A stretch of DNA of 64,000 nt from NCBI GenBank assembly GCA_016748015.1, contig JAAOMT010000480.1, positions 124,001 through 188,000 of the forward strand, written 5' to 3'. This stretch comes from Geosiphon pyriformis uo1 (lineage: Eukaryota; Fungi; Glomeromycota). Of the stretch, positions 1-11,500 are shown one piece after another. Numbering within the stretch: the first letter of the stretch is position 1; each line of letters opens with the position of its first letter. The translations under genes and the position numbers were made by a program. The notes under the pieces were generated by a model. That model saw only the letters and a program-made list of their open reading frames with translations, was not told the DNA's origin and did not search any database.

Positions 1-2310
1 GCTAAGACTAGTGGTAATCTGGATGTTATGTGGGAGATCATTAGGGAGGTGGTAACTAGCTCTGCTGATAAGGTGTTTTTGAGATTTTGGTTTAGTGAAT
101 TTGAGTGTTCAAGGAATAAACAATCTTCAAAATTCTTCAAGCTGGAGCTTTTGGTGGCTAAATTGATGTGGAACTTGGGTTCTTATCAGGTTTCTAGTGT
201 AATCAAACTTATTGATGCTTGGTCCAAAATCGATGTTAGTGATGCTGCTGAGGTTTGCGTCATGGTTAACAATAGTGCCAATATTGAGGTGATTCTGCGC
301 CACTTATCAGGAGTCAGGAAAAAATATCACAAGTCTAAGTACTTTGAATCTAGGGTTGTTAGAGATGCCTTTATTAGGAAGGCTATTGACAAGTGCATAG
401 AGAATTTTTGTTCTAATAAGGGTTGCATGATCAAGAGTGTCTTGGAGCATCCATTTCAGAAGGTGGTGCTCGACCACCTAATAATTGGGGATAATTTGAT
501 TCTCAAATCTGGTGAGGTCAAATCCATTGTCGATGGTATTATGGAAGATTGGACGAGGAAACATGTGGTTTCCAATTCTCTGCCTTTTCTTTGGTTGGCT
601 CAGTATGCCCCTTTGGTTTATGTTGATGATTGTGCATTTTCTGCAGTTATGTGTAACATAAGTTCTGATGAGTTTTTCAAAGTATTTAATGATTTACCTG
701 ATGGCAAGTCTGCTGAACTTTTTGGTATTCCTAACGAACTTTGGAAGCATGGTGATTTGCAGGTTCTGAGTGGTTTGTTGGACATTCTCAATACATGTCT
801 TGTGTCTGGTACAGTGCCTAAACAATAGAAGTTGGCTTGGGTATCAATGATTCCAAAGCCATATGACTGGAAAGAAACTCTTACCAATACTCAACCTATT
901 GCTTTGGTTGAGACTGTTAGGAAGATACTTTCTAAGATTCTGTCAGACAGAATCTCTTTGGCCTGTAGTAGGTTTGATGTTTTGTGTGGCGACAATTTTT
1001 TGGTCTTAAAGGATATGTCTACACAGACTCCTATTTTTGCTATTGGTTCAATAATTGAGGATGCTTTGGAGAAGAATAGAAAGCTTTGGTTGGTTCTTCA
1101 GGATATGCATAAGGCTTATGACTCAGTTGGTTGGTTCTACCTTAAAGCCAGTCTGGCTAGAATCAAGATGTGTCCTTACTTCATTAAGTTTTTTGGAGAT
1201 ATACACAACAATCAGACCAATCAGGTGATAACTGATTTTGGGCTCACTAGTGGATATACTGTTCATGATAGCTTAGATTAGGGTGAGATGTTTTCATTGC
1301 TGTTGTGGAGGATTTTTTATGATCCCTTACTTTGCGAGGTAAAAAGACATGAGCAATTATATGGGTACAGATTGAGTTCAAAATTTTTTACTAAGACTGA
1401 TAAGATGGATGCTCAGGATAGTTTAACTTCATACTTTGCAGCCAGTGCTTTTGTTGATGACACCATTTGGGTTGGTAACTGCTTATTTGCTACACAGAAG
1501 ATATTGGATATTGTGAGCAAGTTTTTCTCAATCAATAACATATCTATTAATACTAGTAAAACGGTTACTATTCCTATCAACCAAAAAGTTAAAGACATGT
1601 CACTTTCTATTAGTAGTTCTAATATCTTAGTTGCGAAAAAGAGGAAATTTCATCAGTACTTGGGAATTTTTATTTCGTCTGATGGTTTGTCCAAACCGAG
1701 CTTGGCCAAAGCCCATTCAGATGTCAGGTTTTTTTCGAATGTGGTTTTGAAGAAGGCCATTACTGAAAAGCAATTTTTGTACTTGGTTTCTGCTGTTTTA
1801 CAGCCTATTGTTTCCTACAGATTTCAGTTTAGTTGTGTTTCGAAAAGTGTCTGTGATAGGTGGAATGTTATGTTGAAAAAAGGCTTGAAGCTTAAAACAA
1901 ACCTGCTTAAGGACTTTCCTAGTGATGCATTGCATTATCCTGAGTTATTTGGTTTGAGAACTTTTGAGCAAGTGCTTACTGAAAATCTTCTGGCTAGTTT
2001 AATTAGTTTTGCTAATGCTAGTAGAATTCTCAGCAGATTGTTCAATTATAGGATGATGGATTTGCAGGCCGCTAGTTGGATGCCCAGACACCCTCTTTAG
2101 TTTCCAATCAGGCTGATGATAGATCCAATGGACTGCTTCCTGTTTGGTATAACACATGCCCTTGTTTTATGCAATCTGTCCCTGGATGGTGATATGTTTG
2201 ATGTTTTTCAGGCTGGTGGTGGTGTGACAGTTCTGGATGTGTTGGGCTCTGATTCTTATTTGTGTCTGTTAAAATATCTTAGGCGATATGGTATAGTGTT
2301 TGTAAACCAG
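1..2310 (+). pseudogene. LINE ORF2, reverse transcriptase part
   Basis: ORFs 28-828, 832-1281, 1288-2100 and 2116- share one frame, separated by single TAG stops. Motifs IPKPYDW, QPIALVE, LQDMHKAYDSV, LD*GE (GLDQGE), AFVDD, YLGI. Confidence 0.92.
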
Positions 2311-3290
2311 TGTTACCAGACAAAATTAGAGATATTATTTAGCATGAAACTATCTTATAATTCCTATTATTAATTAGCATATATTATTGTTTCAAATTAT
2401 TACTTATTACATTAGCAAAGAATATCCGAAATTATCATTTAATTAATAACCCAAATTGTACACAACACAAATGTAACCTAATTGTAATGATCAATCATGC
2501 AATACCCCGAACTATGTAATATTCAAAAGTTCGCCGAAATTTATAGAAATTTGCCGAAATAATTGATAATTCACCGAAATATCTAATAGTTCGCAGAAAT
2601 AACTTGTAGTTCACCAAAATGTATCTTTAGTTCAGCAAAATTGTAGAAAATAGCAAAGTTTAAGTTCATAGAATAGTGTTATGACAAGTTGTATAAAAGA
2701 AGAGCTTCTCTTTTTGAGAAAATGTATCTTATTTTAGATTTATCTCTTAAAACCATTCCTATACACACAAAAAAAAATAAATATCAAATAATTCGAAAAA
2801 CCAAATTTTTTAATTATTGTACTTGGAAAATCCCCAAAACTCAACTAACGTTTTGAAATTGATTAGCTACCAATTTCAGTAAACTGTTAGTGACTCCAGG
2901 CCTAGATAGAAAACGTTTCTCTTGACAAAAATTCTATTTCTTTTACATTTCTTTTATTTTCTTTTATTTCTTATCATAATTATTAGAGTAACCTACAAAT
3001 GAGATTCCTGTAGAAGAGTTGACTTTCACAGCAAAGTAACTACACATTTTTAGTGAGCTTTCAGACGAGCAATTCCTGGGAAAGAGTTGATGTTTACTAC
3101 AACGTAACTACATAAAGCAACTGGCACAGAATTGGCCATTCCACTCATAAGCCCAGCAAGTTCAAATTATAGGAGATAATTTGAAGATAAATTCAGTTAC
3201 TGGAGGTTCAACCACATCCAGAAAATGTGAATTCACAGCAAATAAGTATCAACAACATTACAGAAAAGAGACCAAAAACCTCCGGTAACA
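2311..3290 (+). repeat. G1 5' LTR
   Basis: Terminal inverted repeat TGTTACC...GGTAACA. About 96% identical to 11469-12448. U3 ~21-bp TTCRCCGAAAT repeats at ~2530-2645; TATA-like TGTATAAAAG at ~2690. Confidence 0.97.
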
Positions 3291-3292
3291 TT

Positions 3293-3308
3293 TGGTGCTC
3301 TCCCACAG
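3293..3308 (+). promoter_or_regulatory. G1 primer binding site
   Basis: TGGTGCTCTCCCACAG, 2 nt after the LTR; complementary to a tRNA ending ...GGAGAGCA-CCA (isotype not determined). Confidence 0.85.
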
Positions 3309-6300
3309 AAATAACACAGCAACAAATTCAAAGTGGCGACCGCCTCAGACATTACAACCTTAGAGTACTATCAATCGATTTACACACACTGCAAACAACG
3401 ATTTGAAATACGTGACAGAATCATAGTTTTCAAGAAAACACTTTTTCAATACATCAAAAATCGAATCAACGACTACCTCTTTGGGAACTATAACATTACA
3501 ATAGTTAAAAGAGATCTTCTTGAAAACATACTACACTATTCCAATACTGAATCAGAAAACATTAGTGCTGAAGCTTGCACTACTTATTTTGAGGAACTCG
3601 ATTATAATATCATTTGGTTCTGTAAAGAAAAATATCCTGCAAACGCACAATTTGCCTTTGAACTTGAATTTGAACCTGAAACCAGTAGCAACAAAAGACA
3701 AAAAGATAACTGACCTGTTCACACAACACCCAATACTCCCAAAATATCATTCAAACATCTACAAACACCTGAACAAGGAACCAGCTCAAAACTTCCACTT
3801 ACTATTACACCTTTTCCAGCTTCACTTGCACAAGCACAAACACCTAATTCACCCTTGAATCGATTTGCAAGACCAGAAGATTTTACATCACTCAGAAGTC
3901 CCACCAGACAACAAGAACCCCTTCAAACTAGTTCCAATCTCCTTGATTTTCTAGCTGAAAATCAAAGTGAACACTCTGAGACAGCAGTAAACGAAGAAAA
4001 CAACTCTGAAATAACTGAAAAAGAATCAATAGACAGTGAAAATGAAGAAGACGAAATGACAACATACATCACAAAAATCCCTGACTTTAATGGAGAAGAC
4101 ATTGAGACCAGTCCTCAAGAATGGCTCGACCAAGTTACTAAAGCCGGAGATGCAAATGGGTGGAATGCCACCAGAATGTTAAGAACAATCTCATACTTTC
4201 TCAAAGGAACAGCAGGAGAATGGTTTGAAAACCTGGCCGTCCCATTCAATGATTGGAATGCTTTTAAAGCAGCCTTTCTTGAACAGTTCACCGACAATAA
4301 TACCTCCATCACTCTTCGCAATCGTTTTTGAAATATCAAACAAGAACCCTCCGAATCCGTTATGACTTATATTGGGAAATTCAACAAACTTCTCAGACGG
4401 ATTCGCCAACTCAAGACAAATGATTATTATTCCAATGCTCAAATTTTGGATCAATTTATCGCTGGTCTAAAAGATAAACTAATTAAAAAGGTTCGTCCAC
4501 ATGCGCCAGAAGATTTAAACTCTGCCATATAGCATGCAAAAAGATACGAAATGGCTATGGAAGAGGCCAATCGTACAAAACTTGTAAATTTGGCAATTGG
4601 AGAAACCAGCTCAGCAGCTGAGGAAAAAATTGACCAACTCACAAAGAAGATCAAAAACTATTTTACCAACCAACAACAACAAAGATATCAACCACCCCAA
4701 AGACAAAATCAAAATAACTTTGCACCACTTTCCAATAACCAGCCCCAGAATTGCCATTACTGTAGAATCTCTGGCCACTGGAAAAGAGATTGCAGAAAGC
4801 TACAACAAGACCAACAAAATAGGGGTAATCAACATTACTCTCCACCACAGCAATCTTATTATCAACTATCACCACCAGCTTACTATCCACCAAGACCCCA
4901 ATACCAAAATAACTATTATCAGCCCGCCTCACAACCAATCCAACAGCAATACCAACAACCATTCACACAATATTATCAAGTACCTGCTCGAAGACTGATT
5001 ACACAAAATCAATTCACACCACAAAACTGATACCAAATAAACAACAGTAGAATCAGTTCGAACAACCAATTGGTTCCCTGAAATACCACTCAACCAAGAC
5101 TCAACCACTACCACACTCAACCCAGTTATTTAACAATGCCGGAAGAACAGGATTTTCACCATACTGCACTCTTGGAAGGTAGAGCTACAGCACAACAACA
5201 ACAAAACCCTTCTCATAACCACACCACTATTCCACCAGCCCGAATTGCTGAAAACGCCAATCTCTCTGATATTTTTCTTTTTGAATTTGAAGCAAATGAA
5301 TCACCATTCTTGCTTAGCAATGCAGTGGCTAATGAGCAAAAAGCCATCACTGCAATGTACACAGAAGCGGAAGTAGAAGGAAAGCCAATTCACTTAATCT
5401 TAGACAGTGGATTTGCCAGAAGCATTATCACCTACCAGTTAATGCAACAGTTGAAAAGAAATGTCGACTGACCAGCTCAAACAGTAATTGTCACTGCTGA
5501 TGGCATGAAAAAGACACCAGTAGAAGAAATTGACAATTTTCCGTTCACTCTTGATGGAATCACCATTCCAGTCAAAGTTCTTGTAATAGACGCACCCCAG
5601 TACTAAGCTCTTGTCGAAAATGATTGGCTTCAAAAAGCCAATGCTAATCTGAATTGGGAAACACAAGAGTTAACAATCTCTTACCAAAGACAACATGCCT
5701 GAGTACCTGCCATTTGTGGTACATTCAACAAATGCTCTGAAAAAGCCCCGGCTTTTGAATTTGAACCAGAAGAAAAAAAACCAATAATCAAAACATTCAT
5801 GGCTCTTAAATTAACGTCCAACTGGGCTGATGAAACAGAACAAGAATATTTTATCCCACACGCTAAACCCAAAACCTCTGGATGGAATATACCTTACTCA
5901 AAACCCAAACCAAGAAAACAACACCCCTATATTCCCCTTAAATGTAAGAACTGCCACAAGAAACTATCGTCAATGGGAGCCTGCATTTCACCTGAAGAAG
6001 AATATGAGAATCATACTTGTTATTACTGCAAGGCTTGCCACAGAGAGTGATGGGGCCATCTAATAAAAAGGAGCGGAAAATAGGACAACATCCCTTGTTT
6101 GACTTATGGAGATATGCTACCAGAAGAATGCAATTGGATTGATGTAGCAATGAGAGGAGGCGTCTGCGATCAGACCTGCCAATATGCTTTATCAATTTCA
6201 GAAAAAGTAAAAAGAGGAACACCCTTTAATGCAGCATATAACAGTGCTCTCAACAAACTTTATCACTACCCTTATGATGCCGAGATGATTTTTGATTTAG

Positions 6301-6398
6301 CAATGGCATTAATTAATGGAGCTACCAAAGAAGATGTTCATCAAATGAAGGAAGCAGAATACATTGAATACACTATGGAATTAGCTGGATTCGATTAC

Positions 6399-6418
6399 NN
6401 NNNNNNNNNNNNNNNNNN
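6399..6418. other. Assembly gap (20 N) flanked by an identical 288-bp duplication
   Basis: 6111-6398 is identical to 6419-6706. Confidence 0.95.
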
Positions 6419-6964
6419 GATATGCTACCAGAAGAATGCAATTGGATTGATGTAGCAATGAGAGGAGGCGTCTGCGATCAGACCTGCCAATATGCTTTAT
6501 CAATTTCAGAAAAAGTAAAAAGAGGAACACCCTTTAATGCAGCATATAACAGTGCTCTCAACAAACTTTATCACTACCCTTATGATGCCGAGATGATTTT
6601 TGATTTAGCAATGGCATTAATTAATGGAGCTACCAAAGAAGATGTTCATCAAATGAAGGAAGCAGAATACATTGAATACACTATGGAATTAGCTGGATTC
6701 GATTACAAAGATGAAGTAAAAGTCTACCACCAAATTGCAAGTCACATCTATCCAACCCAAGAAGCTCAAATTCAACAATTAGAGCAAATGAACATTAGGC
6801 TATGTGAAAAATGCATTATGCCTTGCGATAAACAATGGTGTCCTGAGTGCTATGCTCTTAGTATCCTCTTGCCCAGCAAAAATGATGAGAATGAAATTGA
6901 ATTTGGAGAACCTGAAGAAACAGAAGAAATTAAAACAACACCCATCTACCTTATTGAAAATCAG

Positions 6965-7410
6965 CCTGCCTTACAACTTAAATACTTTAACAACAACGGA
7001 CAAGGAATAAAACCTGAAAAAGCACACGAAATTAATACTGGATATGACCTAAGATATCCAGGCAAGGATACTCTTGTTCTTAAACCCAAATCTCTCACAA
7101 AAATCAACCTCAAAATTGCACTCAAAATCCCGCCAGGAGCAATGATTCAAATTGCCTCCCGGTCCTCTCTGGCAAGCAAAGGAATCAATGTCAGAAGAGG
7201 AATAATTGATGCTGGATATACTGGAGACATAACAGTGATGCTTCAAAATGAAACTGACAAACCATTCAAGATCGAACATGCTGAAAAAATTGCCCAAGCT
7301 ATTTATCTATCTTTAATCAATATTTCGGGTTTGCAACTAGTCAATCAAAAAGAACAAGTAGGAAAAAGCGATAGAAAAACCCAAGGTTTTGGTTCAACTG
7401 GACGATTCAC
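6965..7410 (+). other. dUTPase domain of G1 polyprotein
   Basis: All five motifs recognisable: (A/T)GYDL, IASRSSL, GIIDAGYTG, KIAQAI, RKTQGFGSTG. Confidence 0.92.
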
Positions 7411-9281
7411 AGTTCCAGTTAATATAGCTCTTAACACTTAGAACAAATCCCACCAGATTCTCAGACTCCCACAACCAATTACTATCTTACCTTTTGGAAA
7501 ACATCCAGAAATCTACACCTGCCCAAAGCCAACAACCACACAACAAATTTTTGAGTCCAATGAACAAGTCTGCTTAGAACATAATATTTTGATCCCAAAC
7601 ATTTATATTCCAGAAGGAACAAAAAAAGTCTGAGTTACTTTTTACAATCCCAATAATTACTCCATAATTTTATTAAATAATTTAGAAATTGGAGTTATTC
7701 ACAGTAATATATTTCAACAAGAATTACCCCAAATAGTTCCCGATTTCTCTGAAATTATTGGACATTCAATACCAAAAACCAACCCAAACCCCAGCTTCGA
7801 AAACTACCATGTTGTCATGGAAAAACTATCTCGAATCAACATGGGACAACTTGAACCACAACAACAAATCCAGCTCAAAGAGCTAATTGTAGAATTTGCT
7901 GACATCTTCGCCAAAAACAACAATGACTTAGGAAGAACTAATTTGGTTCAACACCAAATCTATACAGGAGATGCCAAACCAAGGCGACAACAAGCCTACC
8001 GAGTTGCCCCAGAAAGTCACTAATTTATCCGAGAAGAAGTACAACGAATGCTTAACAATGGGCTTATTCAACCATCAATGAGCCCATGGGCCTTACCTGT
8101 GGTTCTAGTTAAAAAGAAAAATGGAAAGATACGATTTTGTGTTGATTACCGACAACTCAACAGTGTTACCATTGGGGATGCCTACCCTCTTTCCTGAATT
8201 GATGACATGTTGGATGCCCTTGGAAAGTCCAAATACTTTTCAACATTAGATTTAGAAAGTGGATACTGGCAAGTTGCTATGGATCCCAAAGACCGCCCCA
8301 CCACTCAAGGAGGAAATTATGAGTTCAATGTAATGTCTTTTGGATTATGCAATGCACCAACAACATTCCAAAGACTTATGGATGTTGTTTACAAAGGCCT
8401 CCTTTGGAAATCAGTAGTAGTTTATCTTGATGACACTGATGTTTATTCACCATCTTTCAAGCTACATTTAATTCACCTGTGAGAAGTTTTTCAACAATTA
8501 CGGAAAGCAGGATTGAAACTAAACATTGAAAAATGCTACTTTGGAAAAACAAGTTTAGCTTTTCTTGGTCACATTGTTAGCAAAGATGGAATTAAACCAG
8601 ATCCCGGAAAAATCAGTACTGTAAAGAACTTCAAGACTTCACAAAATACCACAGAATTAAGAGGATTTATTGGATTAGCATCCTATTACCGAAAATTCAT
8701 CAAAGGATTCTCAGAAATTGCAAAACCCCTCAACCAGCTCATTACTAAAAATGTCGAATACAAATGGACAGAAGAACACCAAAATGCCTTCAAGATACTT
8801 AAGGAAAAACTCACAACAGCTCCAATCCTCGCCTATCCAGATTTCAGCAACCGATTCTGGTTAGCAACTGACGCCTCTTATACTGCCTTTGGTGCCATCT
8901 TATCACAGTTAGATGACAATGGAAATGAGCAAGTAATTGCTTATGCTAGTAGAATATTAAAGCCAGCCGAAAAGAACTACCCCACAACAGAATTAGAAAC
9001 TGCAGCAGTAATCTGGGCTCTACATCACTTCAACCTTTACCTCAGACCCAAAGAATTCGATATTATCACTGATAATATTGGACTTAAATGGCTTCAAAAC
9101 AAAAACACCCAGCTGAACGCAAAACAAATCCAATGGACAGAATTTTTAGCTAATTACCGATACATTATACACCATAAACCAGGAAAACTCCACACCAACG
9201 TTGATTGTCTCTCAAGAATAAGGCAAAATTAGAAAACAAAACCAACACCCATTTGAATTAACAGCATCAACACAACAAACA

Positions 9282-10667
9282 ATGAACCCCGAAAACTACA
9301 ACAATCTCAAACAATATTTGGAAACATTAACAATCCCAACAGATTGGTCCTCAGATGAAAAACATTAGTTACAACAACAAGCCAAACAATATTTTCTACA
9401 CAACAACATTATCTATTATCAAAATTTCAAAAACCCAACCAAACCACTCAGATTAATACAAAAACAAGAAAAAGAGACCATTTTATACAATATGCACTCA
9501 GATCCTTCATCAACACACTTCAGAAAAGATAGCACCATTCAAAGAACCCTAGAATACTACTTTTGGTCTCAAATGAGAAAAGACATCCACGAATATGTCA
9601 AATCTTGTGATAGTTGTCAAAGAAGAGAAGGAACTCACCCTACAGAACCTTTAAATCCAATCAAAGTTGGACAGCCTTTCGACAAAGTTGGTATTGATTT
9701 AGTTGGACCACTATCTATCACCACTCAAGAAAACCGTTATATTGCAGTAGCTGTAGACTATCTCACTAAATGGCCTGAAGCCAGAGCCATTTAACGAGCA
9801 GATGCAAAATCAGTAGCAAATTTCATCTACGAAGACATCATTTGTAGACATGGATGTCCAATTGAACTTTTATTTGATCAAGAAACACACTTAGTGAACA
9901 ACCTAATACAAAAAATTTGTGAATGATTCAATGTCAAAAGACCCCTGTCTTCGTCCTACCATCCACAAACAAATGGACTTGTGAAACATTTTAACAGAAC
10001 ATTGTGTGAGTCATTAGCCAAAGTCTCAACCGATTTTGAGCAAGAATGAGATCTCTTTATTCCATCAGTGTTACTAGCATATAGAACACTAAAACAAAAT
10101 ACCACAAAACACATACCATTTGATTTAACTTATGGAAGGACAGCAATGTTACCAATTAGTTTTACAGTGGAAACATACCCAGTACAACCGATTGATAAAA
10201 ACAATTTCCAAGAAACGCTTCAGCGAAGAGCCTACACTCTGCTTAGCACATTGAAAGGAAAATGACGAATAGCAGCCACCCATATTGAACACTCCCAAGC
10301 TCAACAAAAAGAATGGCATGATGACAAATTGCTTTCAGTCACCAATAAATTCAAAATCTGAAACAAAGTTCTCTTACACAGAACTAAAGCTGAAAAACAA
10401 TGGAGTGGAAAATTTGAAAATAAATGGGATGGACTATTCTTTATCCATGAAGTCCTAGACAACGGATCATACAAGCTAAGACTTGATAACAAAATCCTAG
10501 CAAAAGTTGCACATGGAGATCGTTTGAAACACTATCATTCCAGAAACAATCTTGAACCATTAATTCCACAAATTGGTACACATTCCCCTTTGATCAGTCC
10601 CAAAGATATTCCCCAAAACTTAGAACCAATAGTTGTCATTGAACAACCTTCCAACCTGAACACTTAA
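9282..10667 (+). pseudogene. G1 integrase, separate ORF with its own ATG, +1 frame relative to RT-RH
   Basis: MNPENY start; H-H-CDSC zinc motif; GIDLVG, FDQ, NGLV(K) triad; GPY/F-like KWDGLFFI..GSYKL; TAA 10665-10667; no chromodomain seen. Confidence 0.9.
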
Positions 10668-10780
10668 TTTAATTTTACTAGTTATTTTCTTATAATTTAG
10701 AAACAATCTCACAAAAAACAAAACAAAAATAACATAAAAACCCATACACCAAAAATAATTTTTATTTCAAATCGCTTATA

Positions 10781-11500
10781 ATGACTATTCCTCAAAACAT
10801 TCAACAATTATCCCAAAAACTAATGTTAGCTTTAAAAACAATACCCGAATTATCCATTACTGTTACTGGAAACCACATTAATTATATCCAAACAGAAGTA
10901 GTTACAAATTTAGCCCCAAACTTACGAAATTATCACCCATATAAAAAGAACACAAGAAGTTATACTGGAATTCACCTGCCAAAACTTTTAAAGCTTGCTT
11001 TAAGAGAAAACCTAATGCTCACTCCGATTAGTATTCCACCAAATGTTACAATTCAACAAAAACTTCAACTGTGTCTCAATGAGGAAAACACTGAATATCC
11101 TCCAATCTATAGATATTTTTACATCAGAAAAACACTCTACAAACAGAAACTGAAACTTACAACAGCAAATTTCACAAAAAAAGCTATTCAGAAACAACTC
11201 CACAATGAATTCAAAACAACAGCTGGATCAACAAACAGTCGCTACAGGCTTAGAGCTGCTCTTAGACTTTATGACCTATTCCACACCTGTGAAAACATAC
11301 TACAAAACCCAATTTTTCAATCTTTGAAGATTCAATACATTAGAAAGCTCACAGAACTGAAATTTCAACAATTTTCAGACCAAATTTCTTCAATAATTTT
11401 GGATTATTATCTGGAAATAACAGACAGTACTTGGACTTCGATGGAGCTCAGTCTTGAGGAGGAGGTTATGTTATCAGATGAAATTAGAGATATCATTTAG
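10781..11500 (+). CDS. G1 accessory ORF3, unknown function, 239 aa, runs through the PPT into the 3' LTR
   Basis: Open ATG-to-stop frame; positional and sequence homologues in four other elements of the window. Confidence 0.75.
   Translation: MTIPQNIQQLSQKLMLALKTIPELSITVTGNHINYIQTEVVTNLAPNLRNYHPYKKNTRSYTGIHLPKLLKLALRENLMLTPISIPPNVTIQQKLQLCLNEENTEYPPIYRYFYIRKTLYKQKLKLTTANFTKKAIQKQLHNEFKTTAGSTNSRYRLRAALRLYDLFHTCENILQNPIFQSLKIQYIRKLTELKFQQFSDQISSIILDYYLEITDSTWTSMELSLEEEVMLSDEIRDII
11456..11465 (+). promoter_or_regulatory. G1 polypurine tract
   Basis: GAGGAGGAGG, 3 nt before the 3' LTR. Confidence 0.85.

Larger units (their letters stand above)
3333..9232 (+). pseudogene. G1 Gag-protease-Cys-rich domain-dUTPase-RT-RNase H polyprotein (single frame, premature stops)
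   Basis: Gag IPDFNGED/PQEWL; zinc knuckle CHYCRISGHWKRDC; protease LILDSG; RT RFCVDYR, TLDLESGYWQV, YLDD; RH LATDAS, IAYASR, NYPTTELE. All ORF fragments are in one frame once the 308-nt gap artefact is removed. Start codon uncertain. Confidence 0.93.

Noticed and set aside
6111-6706. Tandem duplication of a 96-aa Pol segment
   Set aside because: Copies are identical and flank a 20-N gap; an unmerged contig overlap, not biology.
10500-10667. Chromodomain at the integrase C-terminus
   Set aside because: Only a short LEPI-repeat tail follows the GPY/F module; no YLVKW-like motif.
10781-11500. ORF3 as an envelope gene, or as domesticated because it has no stops
   Set aside because: No signal peptide or TM helix. 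At about 1 stop per 100 codons in G1 only ~2 are expected, so zero is not significant.
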